A stretch of DNA of 64,000 bases from Vicugna vicugna (Eukaryota), in assembly GCA_013265495.1 (NCBI GenBank), contig MU058844.1, forward strand, positions 310,001 through 374,000, read 5' to 3'. Position numbers and translations under genes: made by a program. The notes below the pieces were generated by a model. The model had not been told where the DNA came from, did no database searches, and saw only the letters and a program-made list of their open reading frames with translations. Shown here piece after piece: positions 27,232 to 38,121 of this stretch. Numbering within the stretch: position 1 is the stretch's first letter; each line of letters opens with the position of its first letter.

Positions 27232-27370
27232 CTGTTTGACTGAGCTCCCGAAGAGCCTTCGCCAGACACGCCGCCTCCGGGGACGGCTCCTCCGCCGATC
27301 CCGAGGTCCCCCACTGTCCCTGCGTCCCTTCTGCGCCATTCCCGGAGGGCTCGAGGCACCGCAGGGTCAT
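27232..27370 (-). CDS. SOCS2: SOCS2 first coding exon (N-terminus and extended-SH2 helix)
   Basis: ATG at 27370; MTLRCLEPSGNGAEGTQGQWGTSGSAEEPSPEAACLAKALRELSQT(G); donor CAG|GTATGG at 27231. 139+458=597 nt = 198 aa + stop, the known SOCS2 length, with consistent phase-1 splicing. Confidence 0.98.
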
Positions 27371-27589
27371 GGGAGAAGGGTCACGGCGGCAAAGACAGGT
27401 GGCCGCCCGAGCTGAGGTCAGAGAGGGGCACGCGTCCTTCTTGGAAGTCAGTGGGAACCCCAAAACGAATCCCTGAGGGGTCCCCGAAATGGTGGTGGAG
27501 GAGGAGATGGGGAGCTGCTGGTTCTTCCTCCCCGGGTCCTGGTGCACGGATGGCAAAATCCCCCGCAGGCGCGGTCACGCACAGTTTGC
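27371..27589 (-). other. SOCS2: SOCS2 5'UTR part of the first coding exon
   Basis: Acceptor TTTCTCTTTGTAG|GCAAAC at 27590/27589; no ATG between the acceptor and the start codon; resembles the human leader as recalled. Confidence 0.85.
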
Positions 27590-28357
27590 CTACAAAGAGA
27601 AAGTGGAGGGTTGGGTCAGTCGGAACTGGACCCCAGCGGCTGGGGTGTGGGTGGAGGGACAGTTACGTGGAAAATCCCGGGGACTCCTCCGCGTCTGTAC
27701 TCCTGCACCATTTAACCCCAAGCATCCAGTTACTGCCCTCGCCCGCTCTACAGAAAAAAAGGATAAAGAGAGAGCATGGATCCAGGACGCCAAGAGTTGA
27801 GGGGGGCTGGTGAGCAGGATAAGGGTCAGGAGCGGGTGTTTTCCCGCCCAGGGCCGCTAGCTGAAATCGCAGACTAGAAAAGCAGAGTCACCTGCGGGTA
27901 CGGTGGTAAATAGGCCCTAGTCAAGGACAAGTTGAAAAAAATTTAAAGGAAAGAACAGAAGTCCCCAAATTGGCACTCCTGTCTCACACTCCGCACAGCC
28001 CGGGGAGCCCCAGAAGGAAGCACCCCGCACAAACCTAGTTCCCCGCCCTACAGCGCCTCTGGGCAGAGCCCGCAGCCCCGGGCGCAGAGGCGAGGAAGCT
28101 GCGGCAACTCTGCCACACAGGCTGCCTCGCTCCCCTCCCCCGCGCTTCCCGGCGCCCGCTTGGGGCAGGGGTGGGGGGCGCCGTGGCCACAGCTCCCGAA
28201 GCCCGGCGGCTGCTTCTATTGCCGCCGCAGGCGCTGTCGAGGAATCAGCCCGAGCGCGCAGCCTTCGTGGGGACTCCGAACCTCGACCAGAGCCGGGGCG
28301 GAGCAGGAGGCAGCGTGAGCTGCGGGACGTGCTAGACAACTAACGCCGAGCCCTTAC

Positions 28358-28480
28358 CTCGGCCCCAGCCGCTGCCGCCGCCTCCGCACCAGGCAGTCTC
28401 CCTAGCCGGCATGGGGCGGGGGAGACGGGAGGGGCCCGGGAGGAGGGGTGTCTGCCCGAGTTTCCCCTGTTGACTTTTAA
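28358..28480 (-). other. SOCS2: Candidate alternative non-coding first exon of SOCS2 (5' end unknown)
   Basis: Strong donor GAG|GTAAGG at 28358/28357 inside the CpG island, with GC boxes upstream. A further candidate donor CAG|GTGACT lies at 27892/27891. Confidence 0.5.
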
Positions 28481-29315
28481 TTTGGGAACGAGATGCCTGG
28501 GGGTGCAACGAGCCCTGCGCTCAGCGGCAGGGGCGGCCGGAGCTCTCTACGCAGAGGGCAAACATAAGCCGCAGGAACCATCGCCTCAACCCGCCGGGCT
28601 CGGACACCCCCTCCGGGCTCAGACACCCCGGATCCAGGGCAGCCACTGAGTTTCCCTCCGGCTGCGACCAAGGAGATGGGAAGGAGAGAGGGAAGGAGGA
28701 AGGAGCCAGGGCGGGAGGCGGGCGAGTGGGGAGGAGCGGGAGATCAGGTTATTAGGAGGATTATTAATTTGGATGGCATTTTAGGGGAGAAAAAAATTAA
28801 AAACTCTGGAGACTTCTAGACGCTGGGAAGGAACCGGAGAAAAAAGGCAGTAGCTCTCGGCCTCGGGGTACAGCCGCAGCTCGGACTCTTCCCTGGCAGC
28901 TCCAAGCTACGGAAGCCAAGCCTGCCCGGGCTCGCGGCCGCGCCCGGGTGCCCTCCCCAGCTCTAATAGGGGCGGAGCCGTCGGGCTCCCCGGACCGGTA
29001 CCTGCCACCAGCCCCGGCCCGAGCTCCTCCGGCACCCCAGCTGCGGGCGAAGGGGATCTTGAGGCTGTGCGCCCGGGGCTCCGGCGCGAACTCTCCGCTG
29101 CCCGCGCAGCACCAGTGGCGGCGGGCAAGGAAGCTCATGCTTCAGGGGAAGCCCAAGGCCCGCGAGCCGCAGCGGCGGCGAGACTAGAGTTAAACGTCTG
29201 TCCACAGAGCGATGTGTACGCTCGACTTCCCAGACCGACGCGCCTCCCTAGCTCCCCGCCTCCCTCCCTGGTCCGCGCTCCCCGCGCGCCCTGCCCGGCG
29301 GCTGCGGAGGCCGCT

Positions 29316-29349
29316 TTCCAGGAACTTTCCAGGAATCCGCCTCACGTGA
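29316..29349. promoter_or_regulatory. Tandem STAT5 (GAS) sites plus E-box: GH/cytokine response element
   Basis: TTCCAGGAA (29316-24), CT, TTCCAGGAA (29327-35), then TCACGTGA (29342-49). Matches the described architecture of the SOCS2 intron-1 STAT5b element. Confidence 0.9.
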
Positions 29350-30035
29350 CCGCGGCCCCCGCTACTGCTTTAAAGAGCCTCTTGCGCTAATGCGCAGGCT
29401 TCGGGGGAGACGGACTCAGAGCGCTCTCCAGGGCCGGCCGGGGTTGGGTGGATGCCTGGGAATCTGCCCTCCTCTGACCCTACGCCTCGGAGTGCTCGGA
29501 AACGCGCAGGAGAAGCCCCCAGCCGCCACCGTCAGGGTTTCAGCGGCCGGAGCCTGCCCCCAACCCGTGCCAGCTGAGTGCGGAGGTTAAGCGGATAGCA
29601 GACCTCCTCGCCCCTCGGCCCTCCGTACTGAGGGGTAGTGGTCTTTTCCATCCCTCCGCGCCTTCTCGGAGCGACTCTCCAGGCTGCACATTCTGTAAAG
29701 GGGGGGTGGTGCAGGAGAAACTGGAGGTCCTCAGAAATGGCCCCTCCCGCTCTGACACATTAATGGGGTTGGGGAGCCGCCTCTCCAGCCCCCGCGCCGA
29801 CGCCTGGGAGCCCCGGGGAGCGGGCCGCTGGCGGGCCTCTCTGCCCAGGTCTTAGAGGGCTGCCAGGGGGCGGAGAGCAGCGCCTCCTTAAGCGGCGCTG
29901 GCTGCTCTCAGTCCCCTCCCCCCGGCGGTCCTGCTCGCGGTCTCCCGCACCCGCCCTGCCCGGCTCCTCCCTCCCTCCCTCCTACTCTCCGCTCCACCGT
30001 CTCCTTCCGGCAGCCCGGCAGCCCTATGGACTCAC

Positions 30036-30447
30036 CTGCACGGACTGCAGAGGGGGTGCCCTGGCCAGTGCGCTCTTGTGGTCCTGGATGGCCGGTCTCG
30101 GTGTTCGCAGTCCGGAGAGCGCTCGGCTCTGCTATTTGCCGCAGAGCTGGCGCCCGAGGACCGGGAATGCGGAAAGATCCCGGCTTTTCTTCCCTGCTCG
30201 GAGACCCCCACCTCCTCCCACCTGGTTGGAGGCCACCTGGCCTCAGTTGAAACTCATCTTCTTGCCTGCACGTTCGCCCCCGAAATGTGACCGACTTTAA
30301 ATGTGACCTACTTTTTAAAACTATTAACACTTACGGGGAAACGGGATCCAAAATTTCGATAACCATTTTTCTTTTAAATACTATTCTATTGCATCACTAC
30401 TCAAAAGCTTGAAAGGTCAATGGCCACTTTTAGTTGAAGCGTTGGCT
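30036..30447 (-). other. SOCS2: SOCS2 distal non-coding first exon (TSS approximate)
   Basis: Perfect donor CAG|GTGAGT at 30036/30035; 5' part CAACTAAAAGTGGCCATTGACCTTTCAAGCTTT matches the 5' end of human SOCS2 mRNA as recalled. Confidence 0.75.
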
Positions 30448-31689
30448 GTGGGGAAGTTGGGCGAGGAAGGAGGAGGGGACGTGGAGGACGCGCGGCTCAC
30501 AAACCGTGCTTGGTGCCCCCCCTGCTGGCTCTCCAAGGAAACGTAAACCAGCCCCCAGCCTTCCAGCCGGGAGTCCTGAGCAAATTGGTTTTCTCAATAA
30601 TTTGCCTGGTTTTGAGTAAACAACTATGCAAACGGTAGATTAGGCGGAGGTGGGGTGGGGGCTGACATTTCCCAGCTAACAAAGCGTTTTGTCAACGATG
30701 GAGTCGCGTGCACGGAATGTTTTACTTCTTACAGTCTGACATGGAGGACGGAGCTAACTGAACCCTAGTTGAAACTCTCTATAAAGGAGCTGAATAATTT
30801 CGCACAAGTCGTTTACCATGCTTGGATCCTAGCCTTTTCTATGAAATTAAGGGACAGGACTTTCTTTGGTTCTGGGAGAGGGACTGGGATGAGTGAACAA
30901 ATAAGATTACATGTGGAGTCTGCGTGTAGTCCAAAATCTTTAAGAACCACATCTACTAACGTTCACTATGCTCTAAATTATTCCATACAGCTTCTCCTTC
31001 GGCAGAGAATCGCTGAAGAAGTGTGTACCCACTTCACTGCAGTTTAAATTAAAATATTTATTTTTAATTTTACAAAGATAAAGTAATTCTAATCATCAGT
31101 TGAAATGAATCTGCCAGCATCCCTTCTTAAATGTGCTTTCCTGTTGCCTCCTAAAGGTCGTTGCTCACACCCTACCGTCTTCCTGGAGTGCTCCTCCCCA
31201 GACTGGGTGCATGGCAGACTTTCATCATTCTTGGCCCAGCTCAAAGTCACTTCCACAGAGTCACTGTCCACAAAGATTACAATAAGCACAATGCCGGCTA
31301 TACAGGCACCAAACTTTGTACCAAAGTAGGATTTTCGACTTCTGTTTCTGAAATGTTTCTCAGCAATGCCCAGCATGTTGTTGACCTTTAATCTCCAAGA
31401 AACACATATGGGAGTCACTTAGGAAAATGTTTATGGGATCATGTTAAGTGGGGAAAAAGGTAGAATATGAAATTGTATTGACACTAAGATTTCAACATTA
31501 TAAAATAATGCATGTGGGCAAAAATATACTGTGGAGAAATGAAAGCAGCTGTTTTTAAGGTAACAAGATATGAGTGAATTTTTAAGTTTGACTTTCTGAA
31601 ATTTCCGATGTAGTCTCCGTTGTCCCATAATTGCATGTGGGTGTCTTCACTTAGTCTAAGGGGGTAGGGTGTAGTTTGTAGAACTGTCA

Positions 31690-32513
31690 GACCGCTCTCC
31701 CGAACCCTGGACACATTACCCTTCAAATGTCTAAGCGGCATCTCCAGTTTGATAGGGCCCAAACTGAGACCTGGATGACCCATCCGTCCCTTAAAAATTA
31801 AACAAAAATAAAGCCAACCCTCCTGTATCCTTCCCCATCTCTGAAGATGTCAATTCCTATCTTCACTTGCTCTGGGCAACAGCCTTAGAGTCATCCTTGA
31901 CTGCTCATTCTCACACACCCACATCCCACCTGTGGGCTAATCTTTTGACTTTCATTTCACAATAAACCCAGGATGGAAGCACTTGCCACCATCTCCACCT
32001 CACACCAGTGCAAGCCATGTCCATTTCTAGCCGACTTACTGCTGCAGCCTCCCTCCTGGCCTCCTTGCCCCTCAGTATGCTCTTCTTGATAGTGCAGTAA
32101 GAGGGATCCTGTTTAAACTAAGTCATTCCACATCCCTCCTCTGCTCTGCCCCAAATGTCTGCATTGTACCAGAGTAAAAGACAAAACCCTAATAGCCACT
32201 CACAAGACATTAGAAGATCTGGTCCCAATTCCCTCTCTGATCTCACCTCCTCCTGCTCTGTTCCTTCATCATTCTGCTCAAGTCACAGTGGACTCCTTGC
32301 TATTCGTAGAACATCCTACCCTTGCTCCTTCCTCGGAGCCTTGTCTTTGCTGTTCCCTCTACCTATGATGCTCTTCCTCCACATAATTACATGGTTTGCT
32401 CCCTCACTTCCTCATATCTACATTCAGTGTCACCTTCTTAGTGAGACTTGCCTGATCACTCCATTCAGAATCCACCCTGCCAAGACAAACACACACACGC
32501 GCACACACACACA

Positions 32514-32549
<36 letters not shown>

Positions 32550-32760
32550 TCTGCGGTCTAGTTCTCTTACACGGATCACTACCTAACCTAGTTCCTGTTT
32601 TATTTATTGGTCCAGTTTCCTGTATGTCTCCTGTACAAGAATATAAGTTTCATGAGGACATGTATTTGTCTTTGCATCATTTACAGCTATATGTCATCAC
32701 CTGGAATAGTTCCCAGCATGTAGTAGGCATTCCACATAATTGTAGAATGAATAGATAGAT
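31690..32760. mobile_element. L2 relic
   Basis: CCTTAGAGTCATCCTTGACTGCTC and the terminal TAGTAGGCATTCCA...GAATGAAT motif. Similar L2 relics at ~3760-4250, 12770-13340 and 35290-35650. Confidence 0.75.
32489..32545. repeat. Compound microsatellite (CA)n(CT)n
   Basis: ACACACACACGCGCACACACACACACAC followed by (TC)~14. Confidence 0.95.
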
Positions 32761-35700
32761 GGATGCTTTAGCAGAGTGGCTTTAAAGTTAAAATGGCCAG
32801 GCATGAATCCTCTCTGTCACCACTGGCTGTATGTGTAATCTTTGTCAAATTATTTAGCCTCTTATGAAGATAACAATGGAATTTATAGGGCTGTTGTGAG
32901 AATTAAATGAGATAATCTATGAAAAGTGCTTTGGCACTTAGCAAATACTGAACATTATCTATTATTTCAACTCTCATCCTTTTACTGTCAGTGAGTTTGG
33001 ATTTTTCTCCCTATGGGTAAGGCTATCTTATCTTTGCCTCTGTGAAACCCAACAGTCACGCTCTGGTCACTGCCCAAGAACTTCCTGTTAGTTGATTCCC
33101 TGGAGTTCACCTTCAGCTTTAAATTTATAGGATAAAAAAGTGATTGTTCCTAGATTTTCAGAAATACACGTTCAGCACGGCAGATGCAAGGCTGCAGTGG
33201 CTAACTGTCATTCTACTTAGGGAGGGAAGGGAGAGTGATTTTCACAAAGTTGGACAGCTTCTTCTGTTGCCTGCATGGAAGAATGGCCAAGGCTTGGAAA
33301 TCTCTATGTACCACACCCGAACTGGGCCTTCTTGGTTTAGCGATGCAGGTGTTTTGATACTGAGCTTCTGCTGAGTTGCATAGATTTTCAGGTTTTATTT
33401 GGGGGCTAGGGGAGCTATAGGAAGACTCTTGGCTGTTGTGTCTGAAGCACCTATGGGTAGAAGTTGCACTTTTAAGTGGCGATCATCCCTTCCTTTTAGA
33501 GTTTGCCATCTCACCACTGCCGCAACCATTACACATACACACACCCCCACCCCCACCACACCACCATTCTGGAACCCACTCTTCTGGAGAGCATGTGACC
33601 CAGGCTAGCCAACAGGAGTACCCCATGCCCCTGGACACAAGAGTTTGTCCACTATCACAGCCTAAGCAGATATTTTTTTTTAGGATTTGATGTAAGTACT
33701 ACAAGAGAAACAATCCCTTCCCTTCTGGGATGATGAGCAGTAATGACTAAGCCCACTTTCCCACCACTTGGAGAGAGTGTGTCAAAGAACAAAGGCAACA
33801 GAGAAGAAAGCAAAGCTCAAGTCTGAGTGAAAGAGAGATTCCTGAGCACTTGAGTCCAACATGTGCAGTAGTACAGCTTCAGCTTCTCAGATACAGGAGC
33901 AAACGAGTTTATTTTTTTCCCACAGGGTTTGATTTGGGCTTCTGTAACTTGTATTTGAAGACATTCTCATGGAGTGTAGTGGGCTGAGTATGGAGGGATA
34001 TACAGGAGGGAGTGAGATGAAGAACTGAGAAGACAAACTAGAGAGCTACCTTCTATGGTATCAGCATCTCTTACTCTTCATCTGGTGCTTCTCAGTACCA
34101 ATTCCCTTTTACAGTGTCCTACTTGCTCTAGTCCACCATTACTCCAGTGAGTGTAAGGTGGACACTCACTGGAGGAGAGAGGAAGAGGAGCAGGTGCTGC
34201 TGGGCCAGGGGTGAGGGGAGGGGAAGCTAGGCAGATGGCCGTTCCCTAGGCTTCTGAGACTCAGGAGCATGGTGGGTGGCTATGCCCTCCATCTTTCTAC
34301 CCACAGAAGTGAAGGGGAATCATGTTCTAGGACAACAGTTGTCAATGTTAAGACACAGATTTCTTCCAGAAATTCTGGTAAAACCTATAGATCAGAGTTC
34401 ACAAACCACTTGCCTATGGGTCATATTTGACCTCCCACCCCCATCCCCCCAGAATGTTATGGTTGGTCTGTCAGGATTCTAAAAAAAAAGAAGTGAACCA
34501 AATTAAAAAATGGAGATTTTATCTGCCAAAAGATCCAGGTTTTTGCTTTTTCTTAATCAACCCTAAGATCTGTCAGTACTGGGTTCCACTGTCATGATCT
34601 GAAGGCAGTGATCAGCTGCAGCTAAGTAGTGGCTGTTGCCTTTGGGAGGCACGTGCTATCCCATTCATCACAGTCCTCACTGTCCTCTGTGGATCCCCCA
34701 CCTCTAAACATCACCTGCCATTTGTCATCACCATTGCATTGTTGGTATTCTTGTGAAGTATTTCTCTGGCCCTAAGTCTCTACCAGAAGTGGGGAAGTCA
34801 AGGATAGAACCAAAAGACTGAACATTTCAAGACAAATGAGACAGAGCTTATTTCTCTGTGGAATCGAAGCACATTTCTTTCCTTAATGGGCAAAAGGTAG
34901 CTGAGTCCTCACACCTGACCCATTTCATTCTTCTATATTCCTGTCTGGCCCTACAGATATATGCATGCAGGTTCTGTCTAAGACTTTCTCTGCAGAAAAA
35001 ATGTTCCGGAGGGAGGCACAGATTTGGGGGGTAGTTGACAACCTGAGGCCTGACTGTGAATCCCCAGGGGTCTGTTGACCTCAGGTGAGAACCCTTGTCC
35101 TAGGAGGTGGATATTCTCCATTAAAGCACTCCTAAGAGGTAAAGGTCTGCTTCCAGCATCGTACAGGACTCTATTGAAATTGGTCTATATAGTCAGAGGA
35201 TCACCAATCATAAGACTTTGGTGCCAGAAAGAACATTCTTTCATGAGGGCAGAATAATTTTATCTCTTTACTCCTCCCTCGTGATGCCCTAATTTTCTGG
35301 CTTCCTTGTTTCTCAAACACACCAAGCCTATCTCAGGATCTTTGTACATTTTCTCTCTGAAATGCTCTTTCTCCAATATTCTCGTGGCATTGTTCCCTCA
35401 CCTTGCTCAGGTCTGCTCAGAGAGGCCTCCCTTTTCTTATCAGTGATTATTTCTTTCCCCTGTTTTATTTTTCATCTCAGCACTCACCACTGCCTGATGA
35501 TATAATTGTTTTTCATTTGTTATTTGTTTAATGTCTCTCTCCCATTGAAACTATAAGGGGGACTTTGTTGTATTCACTACTGTATCTCCAATGCCTAAAA
35601 TAGCTCCTGGCCCATAATAGCTGCCCAATATAAAGTTATTGAATGAATGAGCCAATCGATCAAATGCATCTACAAGTTGGGGGAAATGAAACACTGGTAC

Positions 35701-38121
35701 TCCCTTTTTTCTGGCCTGGATCCCTTTAACTATTTCATCTTCCCTGGCTAACTTGGGCTTTTCAGCTTAGTCTTTGGGTTAGCCTACAGACTCTGATTTG
35801 CTACCAAGAGGAACTTTGGCTCTCCTTCATCTTTGGTTTCTCCTTAATCTCCATGAGCCTGACCTCACAACTGCAGTACCTAGTAGATAGCATGTGAAAG
35901 ACTCACCCACTCCACAAATATTCATGAGAGCTGAAAATGTTCCAAGCCTTGTGGACAAATGTAACTCAGCCTGGTCTTAGTGAGAGACACCATCAGCAAA
36001 TCATTTTAACACAAGTTAAAAAGTCATGCAGAGATGCACAGAGTGATTTTGCAAACAACTGGGAAGCACCACTACAACCACGTTGAGAAGTCCAGAAAGG
36101 CTTCATGAAGAGGGGACCTTGATTAAGCCCCTTAACTCCCTGGATTCCTTTTTTCTCATGAAAAATTTGGATTCGATAAGCTGTTATGCTTCCTTCTCAT
36201 TCAAATCACCTTTCAAGCTCTGTTCCAAGACCTCCCAAAGAGCAGTTGATGGTGTTATTAGACCTAAGCCTGGGCAGCTTCTGGGTATGTTTGATTTTCC
36301 AGAGGAGTTCACAAAGGTCAAGGCCTGGTGTGATGATGTGGTCAGCAGAACAGGCAGAAGAAATACCTATTAGTAAATAACAAACACCATTCCCAGCTTA
36401 GTCATGGAATTCTGAGAAGTCGCAGCACCCAGTGAACCAACCTGGACATTGGCAATCATGGGTGATACTAACTTTAACCAAAGGCATGTGGCAGAGCTAC
36501 AAAAGGCAACCTCTAAACATACAAACAGTAGCCACCTCCTCAAGCCACAGGACAACCTCTATCTACATCTCATGCTGATCACACATACAGGATTTTCTGC
36601 TGTCCTAGCACATTAAATTATAATAATCATGCCCTACCATAAAGGAAAGCAATATAATATCGTCAGTTTGCCTTTATATGATGGTTTTAATCTCTCTTCA
36701 CCAATACATTATAGCATATACCTGATTTTATTCCTATAATAACCCATGGACGATGGTAGGAAAAAAAATCTACTTTACTTGTAAGTAAATTAAACCAAAG
36801 TAGATTCAGTAGGTTATTCTGTACCTGTAAACAAATTGTCCTTAGGAAAGTATAGGGTTTAGTATGAACAAAGAAAACATTTTAAGTGGAAAAGTAGTAT
36901 GGAGGGTAAGTTTGCTTTTAAAATAGGCCATTCAAATCACTGAAAGTGCTATTCTAACAAATGTGGCTGTCACATTTTTAAAGGTTATTTACAATTTCAA
37001 CATAGGCTAGGGATAAGGAATTCAGGGGAAATGTTGGGTTCTTTCTGTGTTGTTGTAAAATAATCTCTATCAAGAAATTGTTACTTTTCAGTATGTGCCA
37101 ATAACCCCAAAATAAACCCTAAAGTCTTGTTTCTTATAAAGTACTAAAAAAATCTATTTAGAAATAACTCTGTGAACATCATGCTGATAAATCCAGCCAT
37201 TAATCCCTTTGGCTCTTCCAATACTTGTTGAGAAGGAGATTTTTATTGTAATTTCCCCTGTCCCTTTTATTTCCCCCTCCATTTTTAAAACCAATACTTA
37301 AAAGAGGCAGATTTGTCTGACAAAGTCATCAGGCAAATCCTTGTCTTTAATGACATAATGTTTTTAGCCAAGGTCTACAATACCTTCCATTCTGCTACAA
37401 CCACCAAATTTCCCCTGCCACATATTCATTGTCAGTCAGATTAATTGTATTGTAACCTGTTAATCCTAGCCATTGAATGGACAAAAATAAAGATGGCATA
37501 GTAAAAATGATACAATAAAAGAAAGTGGTATGAATAAACAAACATCACTGATAGCAACTAGAAAATCAGAAGACAATAATAATATGCAAACATTTCACAC
37601 AAAGACCACCACAAAAGAACAGGACACCAGCTACCAAAACCCACTCAAAGAGAAATGGATAACCTCTATAGCCTTATTTCTATTAAAGAAATTGATTCCA
37701 GATTCAGAAGGCTTTACTAGTGAATTTTACCAACACTTAATGAAGAAATAACACCTATTCTACATAAACTTTTCCCAAAAAATAGAAGTAGGAACATTTC
37801 ACAACTGATTTTAGGAGGCCAGCATTATCTAGATACCAAAGCTAGATAAGATAGAAAACTATAAACCAGTATCTCTGATGAGCATAGTCACAAAATATTA
37901 GCAAGTTGAACCCAGAAATCTACAAAAAGGATAATATATCATGATCTACTTGGGTGTATTCCAGAGAGGCAAAATTGGTTCAACATTCAAAATCAACCAG
38001 TAAAATTTATAATCTCAACATCTCAAAAATAGAAAAATCATATAAGTATCTCAATACATGTTTTAAAAAAAGGCATTTATAAAATTCAACATCTATTCAT
38101 CATAAAAACTTCCAGCAAATT

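Larger units (their letters stand above)
26430..30720. promoter_or_regulatory. CpG island / SOCS2 promoter region
   Basis: Very high GC and CpG density, GC boxes and G-runs; spans all SOCS2 5' exons. Confidence 0.95.

Noticed and set aside
27005..27556. 183-aa ORF / N-terminally extended SOCS2
   Set aside because: It starts at TTG and runs through the donor into the intron. The upstream in-frame stretch is GC-rich UTR with only weak near-cognate starts and a stop at 27577-75.
26583..30330. Many overlapping 60-150 aa ORFs in the CpG island
   Set aside because: Low-complexity Arg/Gly/Pro/Ala translations are expected where stop codons are rare.
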